DNA of 63,087 nucleotides, filler included, from Anaerolineae bacterium (GTDB lineage Bacteria > Chloroflexota > Anaerolineae > Epilineales > Epilineaceae), in NCBI GenBank assembly GCA_029262755.1. It is 7 parts of 7 records of this genome, joined end to end, with 100 filler letters (N's around TTAATTAATTAA, not from the genome) between each part and the next. Parts side by side here need not be neighbours in the genome. Positions count along the whole stretch, not along the records: positions 55,596 to 59,401 come from JAJCYU010000416.1; positions 59,502 to 63,087 come from JAJCYU010000417.1; 5 more parts are not named here. One strand, given 5' to 3'. A program made the position numbers and the translations under genes. The notes beneath the pieces were generated by a model, which ran no database searches, was not told the DNA's origin, and worked only from the letters and a program-made list of their open reading frames with translations. Below, one piece after another: positions 57,587 to 63,087 of this stretch; positions within the stretch are counted from its first letter, which is position 1, and each line of letters begins with the position of its first letter.

Positions 57587-57623
57587 TGTAGGGTCTCCTT
57601 GTAGTCTCCCGTCGAGCCAAAAA

Positions 57624-57637
57624 CGACAGCGCTGTCG
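57624..57637. promoter_or_regulatory. Perfect 14-bp palindrome CGACAGCGCTGTCG, LacI-family-operator-like
   Basis: Central AGCGCT core typical of LacI/GalR operators; about 38 bp upstream of ATG 57586. Confidence 0.4.
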
Positions 57638-57820
57638 ATGACTGAATCCTACAGGGAAGGCCGGAAACCCGGGATGGCCTCCGTCACGTACCGAGGGTGC
57701 ATTCGGTCAACGCGCGAAGGTGACCGACGTCACATCGAGCCTGGCGACGGACGTGCGAAGTCGACTCGCCGCGGGTACGTATGGAGGTCGCCAGGTCCGC
57801 GGTGCGAACCCGAACAGACG

Positions 57821-57854
57821 AGCGGAAGGGGCGGGGAAACCCGCCCCTTCCGCT
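57821..57854. terminator. Perfect 15-bp stem with 4-nt loop downstream of 57893..58540
   Basis: AGCGGAAGGGGCGGG-GAAA-CCCGCCCCTTCCGCT. Confidence 0.7.
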
Positions 57855-57892
57855 GCTGCTCGTAGACCTTCGGTCCGCGTGGGACCTGGGTG

Positions 57893-58540
57893 CTACGCGT
57901 CGGTCGAACGCTCGACGGGCGGGCGAACGGATCCCTGATCAAAACCACCCTGCTGCGCTTCGCCACCGCGCATGCCGGGGCACATACCGTGCTTGCCACC
58001 GAAGCCGCGCATACCATGGCCGAAGCCACGCCGGCCGGCGCCGTCCTGGAGCGCGTCCGCCTGCTCGCGGGTGATCACGCCATCGTTGACGGCCGTATCG
58101 ACGGCGGCCTCCTGGGCTGCCTGCATGCGATCGCGCAACGTGGCGCGATCGAGGTCGATGCCCTCGAAGAGCTCGCGCATCGTGCCTTCTTCGCGCGCCG
58201 CGCTCAGGTCCGCGGCGTCGATACCGAAGGCCTCGGCCATCACGGCCTCGCGGTCGATCGCGTTGCCGAGCTTACGGCCGGCGATCATGAGCTCGGCCTG
58301 CTCTGCTTCCAGATCGCCATCTTCAACTGCCTGGGCGACGCCGGCTTCGAAGGCCCGCTCTTGGGCCGAAGCTAGCTCGTCCACGGAGATGCCGAGCTGA
58401 TCGGCCAAACCCTGCGCCCGATCACCGCCTCGGTTGAAGAAGCCACCCGGCCCCTGCGCTGCGGCCGGGACCGCCAATGCCAGCACTGCCACGGCCGCCA
58501 AGGCCGCGCCACCCATCCAAAGCTTCATGCGGAGGTTCAT
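57893..58540 (-). CDS. Secreted helical-repeat hypothetical protein (LAxxLGIxxxEL / AVxDGxITxEQAD family) with Gly-rich tail
   Basis: AAAGGA RBS; signal peptide; duplicated LADQLGISVDEL..AVEDGDL..EQAE / AEAFGIDAADL..AVNDGVITREQAD. Confidence 0.75.
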   Translation of the reverse strand: MNLRMKLWMGGAALAAVAVLALAVPAAAQGPGGFFNRGGDRAQGLADQLGISVDELASAQERAFEAGVAQAVEDGDLEAEQAELMIAGRKLGNAIDREAVMAEAFGIDAADLSAAREEGTMRELFEGIDLDRATLRDRMQAAQEAAVDTAVNDGVITREQADALQDGAGRRGFGHGMRGFGGKHGMCPGMRGGEAQQGGFDQGSVRPPVERSTDA

Positions 58541-58851
58541 TGCTACCGTCCTTTCAAAGTTTGGCACCCTATCAATGCTTCACGTGCGGGCACCGTCGAG
58601 CCTGATACCCGGAGCATGGCGGCTGGCAGTAAGCGAAGCCTGAGAGAAATGCTACCGAAGCGTCAAACGGTTGCGTAGGAGTTGCGCAGGGGAACCGGAG
58701 GGGGCGCAGGAAGTTGCGATAGACCGGTTCGAGGCGGTCGGGATGTCACGTCTACATCGCTTGCAGTTCGTGCGAAGTACGTTCTCCTGCTCTTGCCCGC
58801 TTGCTGGGCGCGCGCTAGGGTGCGCGGCCCCCCGCCGACCGGAGATCTGCC

Positions 58852-59401
58852 ATGTCTCATACACCAACCTCGCGTAAGACTTCGTCGCGAAGCCCTGCGT
58901 CGCGTACAACACCGTTGTCTTACTCCCTCGCCCATCTTGGTACGGTGCTTTGTTTGCTGATGCTTGCGACCGCCTGCGGGCCGAGTGCCACGCCGACGGC
59001 GCCGGCGCTCGACCTCGCGCGCAGCGCGGAAGCCACCGGCACGGCGGCCGCCGACGCGACGGGCGTGCCCGTCGTCGACGATGGTGCGGCTGCGGACGCA
59101 GTCGGCGACGCGGTGGAGCTGGACGTCGCGGTCGTACGCGACCTGCATCCGGACGTCGGAAGCCTCGTGTTCCGGCTGCTTGGAACGCCCGCCGCGGAGG
59201 ACGGCGACCTGAGCACGGTCACGGCGATCGAGATCCGCGACGGCGATCTGCCGGCCGTACGCCAGGTGCTCGGCCCCCTGGAGGCGCGCGTGCGGCTGGA
59301 CCCGCATGCCGGCGCGATGGATGCGTTCGGCGGCTTCTACGTCGAGGACTTCGACTTCGACGGCATCCATTACCTCCGACTCGAGCGCGACGGCTCCGAA
59401 G
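58852..59401 (+). CDS. Putative lipoprotein, 3'-partial
   Basis: GGAG RBS; hydrophobic segment plus lipobox LATAC; EDFDFDG (FG-GAP/Ca-binding-like). Confidence 0.65.
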
Positions 59402-59501
59402 NNNNNNNNNNNNNNNNNNNNNNNNNNNNNNNNNNNNNNNNNNNNTTAATTAATTAANNNNNNNNNNNNNNNNNNNNNNNNNNNNNNNNNNNNNNNNNNN
59501 N
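59402..59501. other. Artificial contig linker
   Basis: N-run + TTAATTAATTAA + N-run. Confidence 0.98.
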
Positions 59502-59726
59502 GACCGGATCCAGGATCATGGCGTGCGCCGCCAGATCGGGCCCGTCTTCCAGCCGCTCCCAGCGAACCTCCGGGACCTCGGCCGTGGCGGCATGCGCTTG
59601 AGGCCCGCCATCGTTCGCGCCGAGCATGATGCCGATCGCCAAGGTAACGGGTATGCCGAGTCTGCGGCACGTCGCCAAAGCGGCGATGAGACGATGTGAG
59701 CGAATGCATTCGATCGGGTGGAACAT
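59502..59726 (-). CDS. N-terminal part of a secreted Kelch protein; probably the 5' end of 48610..51975
   Basis: AGGAG RBS; signal peptide ending AHA; ends ...LAAHAMILDPV at the linker, the start of a Kelch repeat. Confidence 0.7.
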
Positions 59727-60266
59727 AGTGCTACTCCTGTTCTCCGAGCTCCGGTTGCAGCGGGCGAGGTGCGTCGGGTAGGACGTGGAAGGAGCGCGCG
59801 CGAAACAGTGCTGCTCCATCATGTGGACGCTAGCGATCGGCGCAACGCGAGGTATGCGGCATTGGTACACGAAGGCGCCAGGCTCCGCGAACGAAGGTCT
59901 CCTCGTTTGCGTCGGGCGCAATCCTGACCGCAGCTCGAAAGCCGATGTCGAAGATCATGGAAGGGTAACCACGTGGACATATTGAATTCGACCTTCGTGA
60001 AGCGGGCTGCATGACCGAGTGCTGCACGGTGGGCTCTCCCGTGGAAGGGTTCGTCGGCGATGTCCGGGCTGCGAGTCGACCCCAGAATAGGCGCGCTCGT
60101 TCGCGCCCTTCCCCCCGCGCGAGCGCGACCGCGCCACTCTTGTGACATCGGCGTTGCCGCGGCTCGTCGTGGGGCCTATGCTGCGGCCGTTGTGAGGCCT
60201 TCGGCGGCAGCCGGGCGACATGGGATGGGACCCAGCTACCCGCCTGCCAGATCCTGGGAGGTTGCC

Positions 60267-63087
60267 GTGCCAAGGACGCAAGCGCGGACCCGTCTCGCCG
60301 ATCGTCGTGTTTGGCTCTTCGGCGCGCTGCGCGTCGCGGGCCCCGACGAGCCGGACCACGCGGCGCGACCGATCTCCGGCGAACGCGGCCGGGCCCTGCT
60401 GGCGTGGCTCGCCCTTCGACCTGGAACGGTCTGCCCACGGGAAACCGTCGCCGAGGCGCTCTGGCCGGACGCGGCGTCCGCGGCGTCTCGCCGTCATCTC
60501 TCCGACACGCTGTACCGATTGCGCACCCAGCTGGGCGCAGGCTGGCTCGAGGTCGGCGAAGAGCACATCGCCCTTGTCGATGCCGGGTCCACGTGGACGG
60601 ACGTCGCGGCGTTTGAGCACCTGGCGGATTCCAGACACGAGCCGGACGTAGTCGCGGCGATCGCCCTTGCGCAGGACGAGCTGCTCACCGATGTATATGA
60701 CACTTGGACCGTAGCCACGCGCGAACGATTGCGTGAGCTGCAGCTATCGGCGCTGGCCGCCCGTGCCCGCCTCGCGGCCGACGATGGTCGCCTCGACGAC
60801 GCGATCGCGTCGTGGCGGCGCGTGTGCGCGATTGAACCGCTGCGCGAGCAGGCCTACGGCGAGCTGATGGAACTGCTCGAGCGCGCCGGTCGGCCGCTTG
60901 AAGCCCTCGCCACCTACCGACGGATGGCCGCGGTACTGCGCGAAGAGCTGGACATCGATCCGCCTTCGGACGCGGTGGCCAGGGCAGTATCTCTGGAAGC
61001 GCAGTTCGCGCAGCGGAAGTCACGGACGAAGGGGAATTCGGGGCTGCCCGCCGGCACACCTCGCGTCGTCGGACGCTTGGTGGAACGTACGAAGCTGCTC
61101 GCACGACTCGACCGCGCCGACGAGGCACGCGGAGGCGCGGTCGTGCTGCACGGCCCGTCTGGCATCGGCACGACGACCCTTCTGGACGAGTTGCGATCGA
61201 CGGCAGCCGGTCGAGGATGGGCCGTCTTCGACGCGCCGCGCGAGGCCGACGCCGACCCGTTTCGAGGCGCGTTGGCGGCGGCCCTCCATCCGGATCGTCT
61301 GGCACGACTGCCCGCTACGATCCAACCCGCCTGGACCGCCCTCGCCCGTCGAGCCCTGCCCGAGCACAGCGGCGCACCGATTGGTTTATCAGCGTCCCGA
61401 TTGCCGGCGTTGGACGTAGCTACGACGGCAAGGGCGCTCAGCCGCCTACTTCATGCCTTGGCCGACGAGCGACCACATTTGATCACCGTGGACACGGACA
61501 ACGACGTGCCTGCGGCAACTTGGGAGCTCGTGCGAGCGATGCACGACGGCCTACTGACGAGCCCGGTGCTGTTGGTCTTTGCAAGCAGCGAGGCACCGCC
61601 TGCGGGCTTTTTGCGGCCGAGCACCGTCCGCCCGCACGCAACCGAAGGGGGCACTAGAGATTCGCGCAACGCTGCGCCGGATCTTGTGCTTGTCTCCGGC
61701 ATGCCTGCAAGCGAGCTGCAAGCTCTTGCGACCGAGCACGGACACGGCAGGCTCCGCCAGGACGAGGTCGCGGAGTTGGCCGAACTCTCCGGCGGCAACC
61801 CGCAGATCGCGCTGGCCTGCCTGGCGGCCGGCTGGCGCCACGGCGTCCGACCGACCGAGGGTCTTGCTGAGCTAGAGCGGCTCCTGACCACGCGTCTCGC
61901 CGCCCTGTCCGTGGGGGAGCGGTCTGCGTTGGAAGCGGCCGCGTTGTTGGACGAACCGGTTCCCGAGGCGCTTTGGGCAGAGACGTCTGGCCTCGGCGAC
62001 GACGCGGTCTCCGTGCTCCACGCTCTCGTCGGGAGCGGCCTTGTGCGCCACGATGACGCCTTTATCCGCTTCGCCAACGGCGCGATGCGCCGCCTGATCG
62101 CGGAAACCGTGGCGCCGCAGCGCCGACGCACGCTACACCGGCGTGCGCTCGCCTTCTTGGACGAACATCATGTCGACCGGCCGATGTACGCCCTGCGGCA
62201 CGCGCGTGGGGCGGGCGATCATGCGCGCGTCGCGGAGCTTTCCCTGATCGCCGGTGCCCGGGCGTTGGAACGCCACGACGCCGAGGCGGCGGTCGCGGCC
62301 TTCGGATCCGCCCTCGACGTCCTTTCGGCCGACGATCGCGAGCGAAGGCTCGAGGCTGTGCGAGGACGGCTCAGCGCCTTTCGCCAGATTGGTGATCGGG
62401 AAGGCCAGGCCGAGGAGGTGCAGCGCCTGACCACGCTCGCGCACGAGGTAGGCGATTCGGCACACCGGGCGGAAGCGGCCTACCAGGCCTCGGAACTGGC
62501 GGCCGTCACGGGCGACCTGGAACGAGCGGAAGCGCTCGCAACAGCCGGCTTGGCCGACGCACGGGAAGGCGCCAATGCCCATGCGGAGGCCATGCTGCGT
62601 GAAGCTCTCGCGTATGCCGCGCGTGATCGCGGCGACATGGCTGCGGCGGCGGAGCACATCGAAGCCGCGCATGCCCTCTACCGTACCACCGACGATGCCT
62701 TTGGAATCGGCACGACCCTGGACAAGCTCGCCAACCTGGCGTACTACCGCGGTGAGGCCGCCGTCGCCGAGCGCGGTCATGCCGAGGCCGCACGGCTGTT
62801 GGAGACCGCCGGCGCTCCCGTCCAGGCGGCGAACGCGCGTAGTGGCATGGCGATGGCGATCCGGCACACCGGTCGGCTCGAGGAAGCGCGTGCCATCCAC
62901 GAACAGGTCCTCGCCGTCATGGAAGACTTGGCGCTGCCGGTCTTTGCGATGTACCAACGGGTCAACCTCGGCAACCTCGACCTAGAGTCCGGCGATCCGC
63001 TCGCCGCGGTCGAGCACTACGAGGAGTCGCTGGCCCTCGCTGAACGGGTCGAGGACCCGCGCATGCGCGCCATGACGCTCAACAATT
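60267..63087 (+). CDS. AfsR/SARP-type regulator (wHTH-BTAD, STAND-like NTPase, TPR repeats), 3'-partial; not in the ORF track
   Basis: GGGAGG RBS + GTG 60267; VWLFGALRV, RALLAWLAL, RETVAEALWPD, LSDTLYRLR, DVAAFE, EPLREQAY..LM, ELDIDP; VVLHGPSGIGTT; SGGNP; Ala-rich TPRs. Absence from the ORF track fits no stop before the window edge; I spot-checked the frame rather than translating every codon. Confidence 0.9.
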   Translation, partial: MPRTQARTRLADRRVWLFGALRVAGPDEPDHAARPISGERGRALLAWLALRPGTVCPRETVAEALWPDAASAASRRHLSDTLYRLRTQLGAGWLEVGEEHIALVDAGSTWTDVAAFEHLADSRHEPDVVAAIALAQDELLTDVYDTWTVATRERLRELQLSALAARARLAADDGRLDDAIASWRRVCAIEPLREQAYGELMELLERAGRPLEALATYRRMAAVLREELDIDPPSDAVARAVSLEAQFAQRKSRTKGNSGLPAGTPRVVGRLVERTKLLARLDRADEARGGAVVLHGPSGIGTTTLLDELRSTAAGRGWAVFDAPREADADPFRGALAAALHPDRLARLPATIQPAWTALARRALPEHSGAPIGLSASRLPALDVATTARALSRLLHALADERPHLITVDTDNDVPAATWELVRAMHDGLLTSPVLLVFASSEAPPAGFLRPSTVRPHATEGGTRDSRNAAPDLVLVSGMPASELQALATEHGHGRLRQDEVAELAELSGGNPQIALACLAAGWRHGVRPTEGLAELERLLTTRLAALSVGERSALEAAALLDEPVPEALWAETSGLGDDAVSVLHALVGSGLVRHDDAFIRFANGAMRRLIAETVAPQRRRTLHRRALAFLDEHHVDRPMYALRHARGAGDHARVAELSLIAGARALERHDAEAAVAAFGSALDVLSADDRERRLEAVRGRLSAFRQIGDREGQAEEVQRLTTLAHEVGDSAHRAEAAYQASELAAVTGDLERAEALATAGLADAREGANAHAEAMLREALAYAARDRGDMAAAAEHIEAAHALYRTTDDAFGIGTTLDKLANLAYYRGEAAVAERGHAEAARLLETAGAPVQAANARSGMAMAIRHTGRLEEARAIHEQVLAVMEDLALPVFAMYQRVNLGNLDLESGDPLAAVEHYEESLALAERVEDPRMRAMTLNN

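Noticed and set aside
57638..57720. CTGAATCC...GGAAACCCGGG resembling the start of a c-di-AMP (ydaO) riboswitch
   Set aside because: It is on the strand opposite the adjacent gene, and the 3' conserved CCGTCAGCTAAC-type element is absent.
60311..62985. The many short ORFs listed in the last fragment
   Set aside because: Superseded by one + strand reading frame from 60267 to the window end (BTAD regulator).

Overview
GC-rich bacterial DNA made of seven assembly fragments joined by an artificial 100-nt linker (44 N + TTAATTAATTAA + 44 N). The lineage is probably Chloroflexota (Anaerolineae/Ardenticatenia-like); this is inferred from the style of the surface proteins. I saw no rRNA, tRNA, CRISPR array, integrase or transposase. 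Housekeeping and metabolic genes: a split three-gene glutamate-synthase-like operon, SLC13/TrkA-C permease, hemW, GNAT, Nudix, SAM methyltransferases, an iodotyrosine-deiodinase-like nitroreductase, PPK2, M42 and M28 peptidases, an AlkD-like protein, comEA, GT39, clpB, a hybrid kinase and a VapBC-type toxin-antitoxin pair. There are also many large secreted modular proteins (LVIVD propellers, vWA adhesins, a pentaheme cytochrome, Kelch-cupredoxin, a tandem esterase, a pectate lyase). Main observations: (1) about 11 otherwise unrelated secreted proteins share a short hydrophobic 'x-Phi-Phi-L-P-Phi-Phi-x-R' tag at C-terminal, internal or N-terminal positions, suggesting a lineage-specific surface docking or sorting system; (2) a catalytically degenerate RelA/SpoT-like domain is fused to an immunity-like acidic domain; (3) an antitoxin-PIN pair is followed by a methyltransferase with an N-terminal RHxxGDW domain; (4) two vWA domains are inserted into a split DUF11-like Ig domain with a candidate Lys/Asp/Asn isopeptide triad; (5) two fragments join in frame, rebuilding a Kelch-cupredoxin-LVIVD gene divergent from a BTAD-NTPase-TPR regulator that is absent from the ORF track and has a degenerate Walker A. 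All family calls come from motif recognition by eye, not from database searches.
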